64,000 bases of DNA from Actinomycetes bacterium (GCA_021798985.1 JAJZBI010000021.1:8573-72572), one strand, 5' to 3'. Counted from the first letter of the stretch, positions 27,961 through 37,948 are shown. The notes: a model not told the origin generated them from the sequence alone. Translations and numbers: made by a program.

Positions 27961-28693
27961 GCTCGTCATCGTTGAGGTGCCGGGTGACGGCGAAGTGCAC
28001 CTGGCCGTCGCGATCCACGCTGATCACCCGCACCAGCGCGCGCGCCTCGTGGTCGCCCGCCAAGAGCACGGCCCCCGGCGCCACCGCCGCGGGGTCGCGG
28101 GCATACAAGAGCGTCGACCAGCCGAGCCCGTCGTCGTCCTCGGCGTTCAGGTCGGCGAAGAGATCGACCTCGCGTTGCGCGGGGGTCGCGTCGAGGAGCG
28201 GCGGCGTGCCGCGGTAGTGGGGGTTGTCGATGACGTCCTGGCGACAGGCAAGCAGGTGGCGCACGCCCTCGTGGAAGTCCTCGCAGATCAAGGTGTAGTG
28301 GCGCACATCGTGGCCGGTCGGCTCGAGGTGCAGCCCGCGGTGGACGACGTCGCCGACTCGAAAGACGCTCAGCTGCTCAAAGCAGCTCAGCGGCACCTGC
28401 TTGGCGAGCTGGTCGAGCGCCAGGCTTTCGAGGCCGAAGACCGAGATGCCATAGACGCCGTAGATGCGGTGGTGGCGGAGCGCGTGCATGAACAGCTCCG
28501 CCGCGTCGAGCGTCCCGCCGCGCACGATCTTGAGCGCCGGGTCGCTCGGTGCCGGACCCGTGCGCAGGTAGCGCAGCTTCAGGCGGCGAGTGCCCGAACC
28601 GTGGCGCGCCGGCCCGGCGAGCTCGGTCTTGGCGATCTCGTTGCGCAGTAGGTTGGGCTCGGTGACGAGCGAATCGCGAAGCGGCGTCGGCAC
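27956..28693 (-). CDS. Hypothetical two-domain protein (putative toxin-like domain fused to a small acidic beta-domain); start uncertain (GTG 28693 or ATG 28762)
   Basis: Protein-like composition from KIVRGG to VHFAVTR; the longer ORF-track start would overlap ppk1. Confidence 0.7.
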   Translation of the reverse strand: MPTPLRDSLVTEPNLLRNEIAKTELAGPARHGSGTRRLKLRYLRTGPAPSDPALKIVRGGTLDAAELFMHALRHHRIYGVYGISVFGLESLALDQLAKQVPLSCFEQLSVFRVGDVVHRGLHLEPTGHDVRHYTLICEDFHEGVRHLLACRQDVIDNPHYRGTPPLLDATPAQREVDLFADLNAEDDDGLGWSTLLYARDPAAVAPGAVLLAGDHEARALVRVISVDRDGQVHFAVTRHLNDDER

Positions 28694-28760
28694 GGTGGGC
28701 CCCGACGGCTCGGTGGCGGGCGCGACGGCAGGGGCCGCCTCGTTGGCGTCGGCGCCGTCC

Positions 28761-30959
28761 ATGACCATCAGTGATAGCGCCTCGGAGGCGCCGGGGGAAT
28801 ACGGTCCCGAACGATTCATCAACCGCGAGGTCGCCTGGGTGGACTTCGCCGAGCGGATCTTGGACCTCGCCGACGACGAGCGCCAGCCGCTCTTGGAGCG
28901 GGTGAAGTTTCTCGCGATCTGCTCCACCGGCTCAGACGAGTTCTTTCAGGTGCGCGTCGCGGGGCTGAAGGACCAGCTCGCGGCCGGTGTCCGCGCCCGG
29001 TCGGCCGACGGGCTGAGCGTCACCGAGCAGCTGGCACGGCTCCGTCAGCGGGTCCGCGCGATGGAAGCCCGGCAGGCCGAAATCTTCGCAACCCTGCTCG
29101 GCGGACTGAGCGAGGCGCGCGTTCGCCTGCTCGACTATGCGCGTCTCGACGACGAGGCGCGCCAGCAGCTGCGAGAGATCTTCGAACGGGACATCTACCC
29201 CGTCCTCACCCCATTGGCGGTCGATCCCGGACATCCGTTCCCCTACATCTCGAATCTGTCGCTCAACCTCGGCGTGCTGGTGGAGGACCCCGAGTCCCAT
29301 CAGCGGCGCTTTGCCCGGGTCAAGGTCCCGCCACTCTTGCCTCGCTTTGTTCCCTTGCCCGATGGGGAGCGATTCATTCCCCTCGAGCAGGTGATCGCCG
29401 GGAATCTCGATCAGCTGTTCCCCGAGATGTCGATCGGCGCCCACCACGCCTTCCGGGTCACGCGCAACGCCGACCTCGACCTCGACGACGAGGACGCCGA
29501 TGACCTGCTCGAACAGGTCGAGCTCGAGCTGCGGCGCCGTCGCTTCGGCCGGGCGGTGCGTCTGCAGATCGAGCCCGGGGCCGACCACGAGATGCTCGAG
29601 TTGTTGCTGCGCGAGCTCGAGCTCGGCGCCGATGACGTCTATGGCGACGCCGCACCGCTCGACCTCGGGGCGCTGTGGAGCCTGACCAAGCTCGACCGGC
29701 CCGAGCTCTCGGCGCCCGACTGGGCACCGGTCGTGCCCCAGGGCCTATCCACCGACAGCGACGAGCCGGTCGACCTCTTCGCCGTCCTGCGCGAGCGGGA
29801 CGTGCTGGTCCAGCACCCCTATGACTCCTTTGCGAGCTCGGTCGAGGCCTTCATCTCCCAGGCGGCTGCGGATCCTGACGTGCTGGCGATCAAGCAGACG
29901 CTGTATCGGACCTCGGGGGACGCGCCCTTCGTGGCCTCCCTGGCGCGTGCCGCCGAGGCGGGCAAGCAGGTCGCCGCGCTCGTCGAGCTGCAGGCGCGCT
30001 TTGACGAGCAGCGCAACATCGTTTGGGCCCGCCAGCTCGAGCAGGCCGGCGTGCACGTCGTCTACGGCGTCGTCGGGCTGAAGACCCATTCCAAGACGGC
30101 GCTCGTGGTGCGCCGGGAAGAGGACGGCATCCGCCGCTACTGCCACATCGGCACGGGCAACTACAACTCCGACACCGCCAAGGTCTATGAGGACCTCGGC
30201 CTGCTCACCTCCTCCCCCGAGCTCGGCGCGGACCTCACCGACCTGTTCAACCACCTGACGGGCTTCTCCCGCCCGAGCCGGGCGCGGCGCTTGATCCTCG
30301 CCCCCGAGCGCTTCCGTGCCTGGTTCTTGGAGGAGGTCGAGCGCGAGATCGCCGCCGGCGAGGCCGGCCGGATCGTGCTCAAGTGCAACGGCCTGACGGA
30401 CCCCGAGATCATCGACGGCCTCTATCGCGCCAGTTCGGCGGGGGTGCGTATCGAGGGGATCGTGCGCTCGCTCTGCTCGCTGCGCCCGGGCATCCCCGGG
30501 CTGTCCGAGACGATCACCATCCGCTCGATCGTCGGCCGGTTCCTCGAGCACTCCCGCATCTACCGCTTCGGCGAGCCGTCGGTGGAGCTGCGGGCGCTGC
30601 AGAGCGCCACCTACCTCGATGAGAACGGCGAGCCGGTCCTACCCGAGCGGCCCCCGGCGCCCAGCGGCGCCAACGCCGCGCGCTATGTGATCGGCTCGGG
30701 CGATCTGATGGAGCGCAACTTGGACCGTCGTATCGAGGCGCTCGTTCCGATCGCCGACCTCGAGCTGTGTGCCCACCTCGAGGATCTCTTGGAGCTGGCG
30801 CTCGGCGACGACGAGCACGCCTGGGAGCTCGACGCGGACGGCAACTGGCACCGCCTCGGCGGCGAGGCACACCACTCGCTCCAGCGCCGCCTGCGAGAGC
30901 TCGCCCTCGAGCGGGCGCGCCGCCGCCGCGGCGAGCCGGCCCGGGGTGAGCACCGCTGA
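28761..30959 (+). CDS. ppk1: Polyphosphate kinase 1
   Basis: FINREVAW, DEFFQVRVAGL, HPFPYISNLSLN, HPYDSF, KQTLYRTS, KTHSK, GTGNYN, RFLEHSR. Confidence 0.97.
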   Translation: MTISDSASEAPGEYGPERFINREVAWVDFAERILDLADDERQPLLERVKFLAICSTGSDEFFQVRVAGLKDQLAAGVRARSADGLSVTEQLARLRQRVRAMEARQAEIFATLLGGLSEARVRLLDYARLDDEARQQLREIFERDIYPVLTPLAVDPGHPFPYISNLSLNLGVLVEDPESHQRRFARVKVPPLLPRFVPLPDGERFIPLEQVIAGNLDQLFPEMSIGAHHAFRVTRNADLDLDDEDADDLLEQVELELRRRRFGRAVRLQIEPGADHEMLELLLRELELGADDVYGDAAPLDLGALWSLTKLDRPELSAPDWAPVVPQGLSTDSDEPVDLFAVLRERDVLVQHPYDSFASSVEAFISQAAADPDVLAIKQTLYRTSGDAPFVASLARAAEAGKQVAALVELQARFDEQRNIVWARQLEQAGVHVVYGVVGLKTHSKTALVVRREEDGIRRYCHIGTGNYNSDTAKVYEDLGLLTSSPELGADLTDLFNHLTGFSRPSRARRLILAPERFRAWFLEEVEREIAAGEAGRIVLKCNGLTDPEIIDGLYRASSAGVRIEGIVRSLCSLRPGIPGLSETITIRSIVGRFLEHSRIYRFGEPSVELRALQSATYLDENGEPVLPERPPAPSGANAARYVIGSGDLMERNLDRRIEALVPIADLELCAHLEDLLELALGDDEHAWELDADGNWHRLGGEAHHSLQRRLRELALERARRRRGEPARGEHR

Positions 30960-30961
30960 GC

Positions 30962-32551
30962 ATGCGGATCGCCGCGCTCGATCTCGGCAGCAACAGCTTC
31001 CACCTGATCGTGGTGGAGGCGAACGCGGACGGCACCTTCTTGCCCCTGGCGCGCGAGAAGGAGATGCTCCGCCTCGGCGGGCTGGTCGCGGCGACGGGTC
31101 GGATCGGCGAGGAAGCCCAAGAGGCCGCCGTCCAGACCGTGCGCAGGATGAAGCACGTCGCCGAGGCCCAGGGCGCCGATGAGTTCGTGGCGCTCGGCAC
31201 CGCGGCGCTGCGCGAGGCCGCCGACGGGGGCCGCCTTGTCGACCGGCTAGCCGACGAGGCCGGGGTTGACGTGAAGATCATCGACGGCGTGCGCGAGGCC
31301 CAGCTCGTCTTCCAGGCAATCCGGGCGAGCGTGCTCATCGAACCGGCCCCGGCCCTCGCCGCGGACCTCGGCGGCGGCAGCCTCGAGTTGATGGTGGGGG
31401 ACCGCAGCGGCCTCAGCTTCGCGACCAGCCTGCACCTCGGGGTGGGGCGGCTGACGGCCGAGCTCGTCGAGTCCGACCCGCCGAGCAAGAAGGACCGTTC
31501 CCGGCTGACCGCCCGGGTGGCGAGCCAGCTCGAGCCGGTGATGGAGGAGATCCGTGAGCTCCGCCCGAAGCTGTTGATCGGCTCGTCGGGCACCTTCGTG
31601 GCCCTCGCCAAGATGGCCGTGGCGCTGCGCGACGGCCAGGCTCCCGACGTGGTCAACCAGCTCTCGGTGCCTGCCGAGGACTTCGCGAGCCTGGCGAGGA
31701 AGATCTTTGAGACCACGGCGGCCGAGCGGTCAAAGATGCCCGGCTGCGACGCCCGACGCGCCGAGCTCGTGCCGGCCGGCTCGGTGGTGCTCGGCCAGCT
31801 GATGGCGATGAGCGGCCTGCAGGCGATGACCATCTCGGAGTGGGCGCTTCGCGAGGGGATCGTCCTCGACACGATCGGCCATCATGACCGCGCCGAGCTG
31901 ATGGACGACCCGCGCGCGCTCCGGCGCACCTCGGTGCTCTCGCTGTGCCGCCGCTCGAGCTGGCGTCAGGGCCATGCCCAGCAGGTCGCCCGCCAGGCCA
32001 CCGCGCTCTTTGACGCCACGGCCGACCTGCACGCGCTCGGGCCAGAGGACCGCGAGCTCCTCGAGCTGGGAGCGTTGCTGCACGACATCGGCGAGCACAT
32101 CTCGCGCTCGGACCACGACCGGCATACCGCCTACCTGATCGAGAACGGTGGCCTGCGCGGCTTTTCGCCCGACGAGGTCCGGATCTTGTCGGTGCTCGGC
32201 CGCTACCACTTGCGCGGCACCCCCAAGGCGAGCGGCTCGGAGGCCTTCGCGGCGCTGTCGAGCGACGACCGACGCCGGGCCATCGCCCTCGTGGCGCTGC
32301 TGCGCATCGCCGACGCGCTCGACTCCGCCCACGCCAGCCTGGTCGGCGGCCTGCGCCGCCTCCCCGCCGAAGCGGGGACCGTCCGCCTGCTGGCCTTCGT
32401 GCGCGGGGATGCCGAGCTTGAGCGGTGGATGGTGCGGCGCAAGGGCGAGCTGTTCGAGAAGACCTTTGACGCCACGCTGGCGCTCGAGGTCGAGGTGATC
32501 GGGCGCGGGGACTTCGACCTCGCCGAGGCCGAGGGCGCCGGGCTCGGCTAG
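30962..32551 (+). CDS. ppx: Exopolyphosphatase Ppx/GppA with C-terminal HD domain
   Basis: DLGSNSFHL, DLGGGSLE, ALREG, LLHDIG. Confidence 0.95.
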   Translation: MRIAALDLGSNSFHLIVVEANADGTFLPLAREKEMLRLGGLVAATGRIGEEAQEAAVQTVRRMKHVAEAQGADEFVALGTAALREAADGGRLVDRLADEAGVDVKIIDGVREAQLVFQAIRASVLIEPAPALAADLGGGSLELMVGDRSGLSFATSLHLGVGRLTAELVESDPPSKKDRSRLTARVASQLEPVMEEIRELRPKLLIGSSGTFVALAKMAVALRDGQAPDVVNQLSVPAEDFASLARKIFETTAAERSKMPGCDARRAELVPAGSVVLGQLMAMSGLQAMTISEWALREGIVLDTIGHHDRAELMDDPRALRRTSVLSLCRRSSWRQGHAQQVARQATALFDATADLHALGPEDRELLELGALLHDIGEHISRSDHDRHTAYLIENGGLRGFSPDEVRILSVLGRYHLRGTPKASGSEAFAALSSDDRRRAIALVALLRIADALDSAHASLVGGLRRLPAEAGTVRLLAFVRGDAELERWMVRRKGELFEKTFDATLALEVEVIGRGDFDLAEAEGAGLG

Positions 32552-32653
32552 GCCGCCGAAGCGAGGTGGCCCGGCGCCTCGGGGCTGGTGCGTCGGTGGC
32601 CGGGATCGCCCGGCGTCGGTTGCGTGCCCGCAGCCTCAGGGTAGGGAGGGACC

Positions 32654-33115
32654 ATGGCGCCACCGGAGGCTCCCAGCGCGAGCCAGCGCCAGGTCGAATC
32701 GCTCGGTCGCCACGTTCGCCGCGACCTCGCCGACGCGTTGCGCGGCGAGCGCCGGGCCTATGGGTTCACAATGGTCGTCTGGGGAACCGGGGCGATCCTG
32801 CTCGGCTCGCGGGGCAGCCCTGGCATCGCCGGGGTCGCCGCCTATTTGGGCGGCATCGTCGTGGCGATGGCGATCGTCTTGTTGGTCGACGCGGGCGGCC
32901 CGCGCGCCGCGCTGCCGACGAGCCGTGGCTCGCACCCCGTCATCAGCGCCATCCATCTCATCGCCCCGGCAGGTGGCACGGCCGCGGGGGTGGCCTGCGG
33001 CCTGGCGGTCCCCGGCGTCGTCGGCTGCTACTTCGTCGCCGGCCTGGTCGCGTGCTTGGTGTTCCAGGTCGGTCTGGCGATCGAGCTCGTGCTCGGCGAC
33101 CGCATGTCGGACTGA
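32654..33115 (+). CDS. Hypothetical membrane protein (about 4 TM)
   Basis: GGGAGG RBS; hydrophobic segments. Confidence 0.7.
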   Translation: MAPPEAPSASQRQVESLGRHVRRDLADALRGERRAYGFTMVVWGTGAILLGSRGSPGIAGVAAYLGGIVVAMAIVLLVDAGGPRAALPTSRGSHPVISAIHLIAPAGGTAAGVACGLAVPGVVGCYFVAGLVACLVFQVGLAIELVLGDRMSD

Positions 33116-33188
33116 GGAGCCGCGCTCAGCACTGTGCGGGGAGGGGCGCGCCACCCGGCGCGAGCGCCCGGCGGCTCGGCCCGCTCGC

Positions 33189-34550
33189 TCAGTGGTCCCG
33201 GTGCGGGTCCTCGTCCTCGCTGCGGCGCCTCGCCGCCTCTTGGAGCAGCTCACGAAGGCGCGAGCGGGCCGCATGGCGCTCGCCGGCCCGCTCGCGGGAG
33301 CGTCGCGCCGGCGGCTCGGGCGCCGGCACGCCGGGCAGCGGCAGCTCAAGGTGCATGGCGGGGTCGCCGACGGCGTCGGGCGCGGCGGGATCCGACGGCG
33401 GCAGGTCAATCGGCGGGCCGCCGAGGCCCTCGGCGTCGCCGCGGGCGGGCTCGGAGTCCGCCGAGACCGTCGTCGCCAGCGCCTCGGGCGTGACGAGCTC
33501 GTGCAGGGCCTTGCGCCGCGCGCTGAGCGGCGCCCCGCGCGGGACCCGCAGCGAGAGGTAGGCGAGGGCGCCGATCGGGATCGGCAGCCAGAAGTTGACG
33601 AGCCGCCAGCCGATCACCGCCAAGGTGGCGACGCTGCCGGTCACGCCCGAGCTCGCGAGCAGGGAGGGCAGCACGACCTCGACCAGTCCGAGGCCGCTCG
33701 GGGTGAAGGGCAGCACGGCCAATACGTTGACGATGCCGTAGGCGGCAAAGAGCACGATCGGGTTGACGTAGTGGCCGAGCGCGGCGACAAAGCACCACAG
33801 CGAGGCCGCGTCCAAGATCCAGTTCAAGCTCGCCCACAACAGCGCCCGGCGCATCACCTGGCGGTCCCGGGTGAAGCTGCGCATCGAGGCGGCGAGCTGG
33901 CGGATCAATCGCTCGAGGGGATCGGCGCCGAGCTTGGGGATGTGCGAGCCGACCGACCGGACGGCGCGCACCGCGAAGTCCTCGCCGCGGGTGAAGGCGT
34001 AGACCAAGAGCGCGATCAGGATGAGCAGGATCAGCCCGACGAGCGCGACGACGACGTAGACGCGATGGAAGCCGGCGAGTGGGATCGAGATGACGAGCGA
34101 GCACCACAACAAGACGTTGAGGACGACCGCCGAGCCGATGCCCTTGGAGGCCATTGCGAAGCCCACCTCGGCCGGGTCCACCCCGGCCTGGGTCAAGATC
34201 CGGTAGCCGAGCGCCGCGCTCGCCGCGCTGCCACCGGGGACGACGTGGGAGACCGCCGTGCCGGCGAGGTCGATGCGGGCGATCGTGAAGAGGCTGACCG
34301 AGTCCTTGGGCAACAGCGCCAGGGCGAGCAGGTTGTAGGTGAACAGCGAGGCGGCCTCGAAGGCCAGGCCCCCGAGCATCCAGGCGATGCCGATACGCTC
34401 GATCTGGTCGAGGTGGGCCCGCTCGAGCTCGGGGATGACCAGGTACTCGACGATGATGAGCAGGACGAAGATGGTGACCCCGTGGCGCAGCGGCGCCGGG
34501 ATCCGGTCCCTCAGCCGCCGCTTGCTCGGCGCTCGGGTGGCCTCGGGCAT
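33189..34550 (-). CDS. UPF0104 / lysylphosphatidylglycerol-synthase TM (flippase-like) protein
   Basis: SHVVPGG, LPFTPSGLGLVE, VIGWRLVNFWLP; many TM segments. Confidence 0.85.
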   Translation of the reverse strand: MPEATRAPSKRRLRDRIPAPLRHGVTIFVLLIIVEYLVIPELERAHLDQIERIGIAWMLGGLAFEAASLFTYNLLALALLPKDSVSLFTIARIDLAGTAVSHVVPGGSAASAALGYRILTQAGVDPAEVGFAMASKGIGSAVVLNVLLWCSLVISIPLAGFHRVYVVVALVGLILLILIALLVYAFTRGEDFAVRAVRSVGSHIPKLGADPLERLIRQLAASMRSFTRDRQVMRRALLWASLNWILDAASLWCFVAALGHYVNPIVLFAAYGIVNVLAVLPFTPSGLGLVEVVLPSLLASSGVTGSVATLAVIGWRLVNFWLPIPIGALAYLSLRVPRGAPLSARRKALHELVTPEALATTVSADSEPARGDAEGLGGPPIDLPPSDPAAPDAVGDPAMHLELPLPGVPAPEPPARRSRERAGERHAARSRLRELLQEAARRRSEDEDPHRDH

Positions 34551-34617
34551 CGCATCATTCTGCTCGCGCCCCGGCGACCGGCCGGACATCTCCGCGCGGA
34601 CTAGCGTGACCGGCACG

Positions 34618-35373
34618 ATGCGGGTCCTGGTGGTGTTGCCGACCTTCAATGAATCCTTGACGATCGAGCGGGTGCTCGAGTCGGTGCGCGCCTCGCTGCC
34701 GGGTGCCGATGTGCTGGTGGTCGACGACTCGAGCCCGGACGGCACCGCAAAGATCGCCGAGGTCGTCGGCGAGCGCCTCGGCAATGTCTACGTGCTCTCG
34801 CGCCCGGAAAAGGACGGCCTGGGCAACGCCTACAAGGCGGGCTTTCACTGGGGCCTCGAGCGGGGGTACGAGGCGATGTGCGAGATGGACTCGGACTTCT
34901 CCCACGACCCGGGCGACCTGCCGCGCCTCGTCGCACCGCTGATGGGTAACCAGGCGGACCTGGTCATCGGGTCGCGCTATGTCCCGGGGGGCGAGATCCC
35001 CGACTGGTCCTTTTCACGCCGCGCCATCTCGCGCATCGGCAACATCTACGCGAACGTGATGCTCGGCCTCGGCGTCCAGGATTCGACCGCCGGCTTTCGG
35101 GTCTACGCGGCGAGCCTGCTCGAACACATCGGTCTCGATCAGATCCGCGCCGACTCCTACGGCTTCCAGGTCGAGATGACCTACCGCGCCCGGCAGGCCG
35201 GCGGGCGGGTCGTCGAGGTGCCGATCCGCTTCGTCGACCGCCAAGAGGGCACGTCGAAGATGTCGAGCGCAACGGTGACCGAGGCGCTGCGCCTGGTCAC
35301 GGTGCTCGGTCTGCGTCGCCTCTTCAGCCCCGGAGAGTCCCGAGAGCTCGCCAAGGCGACCGCCCGGTCGTAA
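34618..35373 (+). CDS. ppm1: Polyprenol-monophosphomannose synthase (GT2)
   Basis: LPTFNE, VDDSSPDGT, KDGLGNAY, EMDSDFSHDP, GSRYVPGG, DSTAGFR. Confidence 0.9.
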   Translation: MRVLVVLPTFNESLTIERVLESVRASLPGADVLVVDDSSPDGTAKIAEVVGERLGNVYVLSRPEKDGLGNAYKAGFHWGLERGYEAMCEMDSDFSHDPGDLPRLVAPLMGNQADLVIGSRYVPGGEIPDWSFSRRAISRIGNIYANVMLGLGVQDSTAGFRVYAASLLEHIGLDQIRADSYGFQVEMTYRARQAGGRVVEVPIRFVDRQEGTSKMSSATVTEALRLVTVLGLRRLFSPGESRELAKATARS

Positions 35374-35457
35374 TCCTCGCCGCCGCAACACGTGGCGGCC
35401 TTGCGCGCTGAATCGCCGCACCACGACCGCTCGGGCGCGCCTCGAGTTGGTCACGGC

Positions 35458-36756
35458 TCAAGCCGGCGCCTCCGCCCTGGCCCGGCCCTCCGCCCTGGTG
35501 GTGGCCGCGCGCCTCGGCAGGCTCGCGGAGTCGAGGCGCGGGAGCACCCGCTCCTCAACGTCGCTCAAGGCGAGGCGCACCGCCCCGATGGCGACGGCGT
35601 CCTCGCCGAGCATGGAGCGCTCGATCTGCGGCGCTACGAGGCAGAGGCGGCGGACGCTGGCACGCAGCGCCTCAAACATGGCGTCTCCCGCGCCGGCGAG
35701 GCGCCCGCCGATGACGACCATGTCGGGATCGAGCACCAACAGCAGCGGGGCGAGCCCGCGCGCAAAGCGGGCGATGACGGCGTCGACGACTCGACGCGCC
35801 GCCCGGTCGCCCGCCTCGCTCGCGCGGAACACCTCGAGCGCGTCGAGCTCGGGGCCAGCCGCGGCGATCCGTGAGGTGCGCCCCCGTGGCCGGCTGGCCT
35901 CGGCGCGGGCCATGGCGACGATGGCGCGCGATCCGACGGCTCGCTCGAAGGGGCCGAGGCCGTCGTCGTCGGCCACGGCGTCCCCGCCGGCCGTCTCGAG
36001 CACGTTGAGGTAGCCCACCTCGCCGGCAGCACCAGCACTGCCGCGATGCAGCCGCCCGTCGATGACGATCCCCGCTCCGACGCGTTCGCCCCAGAGCACG
36101 AACACGACATCCCGGGTCGTCGCCGCCGCGCCGCGCCAACATTCGGCGAGCACCGCGAGGTTCACGTCGTTCTCGACGAGCACGGGGGCGCGGAACGAGC
36201 TGCGGAGTTCCTTTGCCAAATTGATCGACGCCCAGCCGGGCAGGCTCGGCGCCTGGACGATGGTGCGCTCGTCGAGGTTGACGATCCCCGGGCTGCCGAC
36301 GGCGACCGACATCACATGGTTTCGGGGGATGCCGCTGCGGGTAAGGGCGTCGTGCACCGTGGCGCGGATCACGCCGAGCAGTTGCGTTCGGTCGTGCGCG
36401 CCAGTGGTGCTTTGGCGTGCGCTGGCGACGGGCACGCCGTCGAGGTCTGCGACCACCACCTCGGTGGTATGCGCGCCGACGTCGATCCCGACGACGAACC
36501 CCGCTTCGGCGCGAAAGCGCACGACGCGAGCAGGTCGCCCGACGCGTTGGCGACCGGGCGGGCCGTCGTCGCAGAACGACACCCACCCGGCCTCACACAG
36601 CTCGTCGAGTGCGGCAACGACCGTCGGTCGCGACAGGCCGGTGAGCTCGGCGATCTCGCCGAGACGCAGGAGATCCGCGCGCCGGACCGCAGCGAGGACG
36701 TGCGCCTGGTTCATTTGGCGCAACGCCGCGGGGCTGCCTGGTCCGGCACCTCGCAT
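35458..36756 (-). CDS. ROK-family transcriptional regulator (HTH + ROK)
   Basis: LRQMNQAHVL, TGLSRPTV, ENDVNLA, GAAGEVG. Confidence 0.92.
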   Translation of the reverse strand: MRGAGPGSPAALRQMNQAHVLAAVRRADLLRLGEIAELTGLSRPTVVAALDELCEAGWVSFCDDGPPGRQRVGRPARVVRFRAEAGFVVGIDVGAHTTEVVVADLDGVPVASARQSTTGAHDRTQLLGVIRATVHDALTRSGIPRNHVMSVAVGSPGIVNLDERTIVQAPSLPGWASINLAKELRSSFRAPVLVENDVNLAVLAECWRGAAATTRDVVFVLWGERVGAGIVIDGRLHRGSAGAAGEVGYLNVLETAGGDAVADDDGLGPFERAVGSRAIVAMARAEASRPRGRTSRIAAAGPELDALEVFRASEAGDRAARRVVDAVIARFARGLAPLLLVLDPDMVVIGGRLAGAGDAMFEALRASVRRLCLVAPQIERSMLGEDAVAIGAVRLALSDVEERVLPRLDSASLPRRAATTRAEGRARAEAPA

Positions 36757-36764
36757 CGAATCTC

Positions 36765-36811
36765 TTGACGCCACAGCCACAAGCTAACTATATTGAAAAC
36801 TCATTCCATAT
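36765..36811 (+). promoter_or_regulatory. Sigma-A-type promoter with overlapping AT-rich imperfect palindrome (candidate ROK operator)
   Basis: TTGACG(36765)-N18-TATATT(36789); atattgaaaactcattccatat (36790-36811). Confidence 0.55.
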
Positions 36812-36934
36812 GGCGATACTTGTCGCGCTCTACGACATCGGGGGATGGGGCGGACAGCTTGAGCTGAGCTCGGCGGAGCTGAGCGGGGTGCTGAGACCGA
36901 GGGCCGCTGGCGGTCGTCGGCAAAGGGGGGCGTC

Positions 36935-37948
36935 TTGGCGCGCGAGGAACGACTGAGGATCGGTGTCGTCGGGGGCGGCGTCATGGCCCGGACCCACCTG
37001 GCGTCGCTGCTGTCGATCCCGACGGCCGAGGTCGTTGGCCTGGCAGCACCCGAGGTGAGCCCGGAGGTGGCCGGCCTCTGCCAAAGCGCAGGCATCCCCG
37101 TCGGTGCGGACGTGCGCGGGCTGATTGGCAGCGATGGGCTCGATGCCCTTGTCATCGCCGCACCGACCGATGCGCACGTCGCGTTGGTGCAACTCGTCGC
37201 GGCGAGCGGACGACACGTGTTCTGCGAGAAGCCGCTCGCGCTGAAGATCCGGGACGCGCGCTCGGCCGTCGATGCCTGTGCGGCCGCCGGTGTGCGGCTC
37301 GCGGTGGGCCATGTCGTGCGCTACTTCCCGGCCTATGCCAAGCTGCGCGATCTGGTGGCCGCGGGGGAGATCGGGCCGCCGGCGATGGCGAAGTGCCGGC
37401 GCATGTCCGGCCCGCCGGGCGAGGCCCGGGAGTGGTACGCGGACAGCTCGCGTTCGGGCGGCGTGCTCACCGACATGGGCGTGCACGACTTCGACTGGTT
37501 GTTGTGGACCCTTGGGCCGGTCACCCGGGTCAGCGCGTCGGTCGTCGACCGCGGCGCCGGACAGGTGGCGATGGTGCTGTTCGCTCACGAGAGCGGTGCA
37601 ATCTCTGCCGTCGAGCTGTCCTGGATGGACCCAACGGGCTTTTGGACCGCGGTGGAGGTGTCCGGCCCAGGCGGCCTGCTCAGTCACGACAGCCGTACCT
37701 CCGCGACCTTCCGCTTGGAGCGCGCCCCGAACGTGGCGCCAGCGCCCCCATCGGTCGAGGTCCCGCTCGGCGCGGCGCTGAGCGATCCCTACCGCGACGA
37801 GATGGTCGACGCGCTCGCGTTCTTCGCCGGGGGTGCGGTGCCGCGAAGCAGCCCGCAAGACGCCGTGGCAGCCGTGGCGCTCGCCGAGGCGGCGCGCCGT
37901 GCAGCCGAGATGCAGGCAACCATCGAGCTGAAGGACGTTGGCTCGTGA
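36935..37948 (+). CDS. Gfo/Idh/MocA-family oxidoreductase
   Basis: VGGGVMA, PTDAH, CEKPLA, DMGVHDFD. Confidence 0.92.
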   Translation: MAREERLRIGVVGGGVMARTHLASLLSIPTAEVVGLAAPEVSPEVAGLCQSAGIPVGADVRGLIGSDGLDALVIAAPTDAHVALVQLVAASGRHVFCEKPLALKIRDARSAVDACAAAGVRLAVGHVVRYFPAYAKLRDLVAAGEIGPPAMAKCRRMSGPPGEAREWYADSSRSGGVLTDMGVHDFDWLLWTLGPVTRVSASVVDRGAGQVAMVLFAHESGAISAVELSWMDPTGFWTAVEVSGPGGLLSHDSRTSATFRLERAPNVAPAPPSVEVPLGAALSDPYRDEMVDALAFFAGGAVPRSSPQDAVAAVALAEAARRAAEMQATIELKDVGS

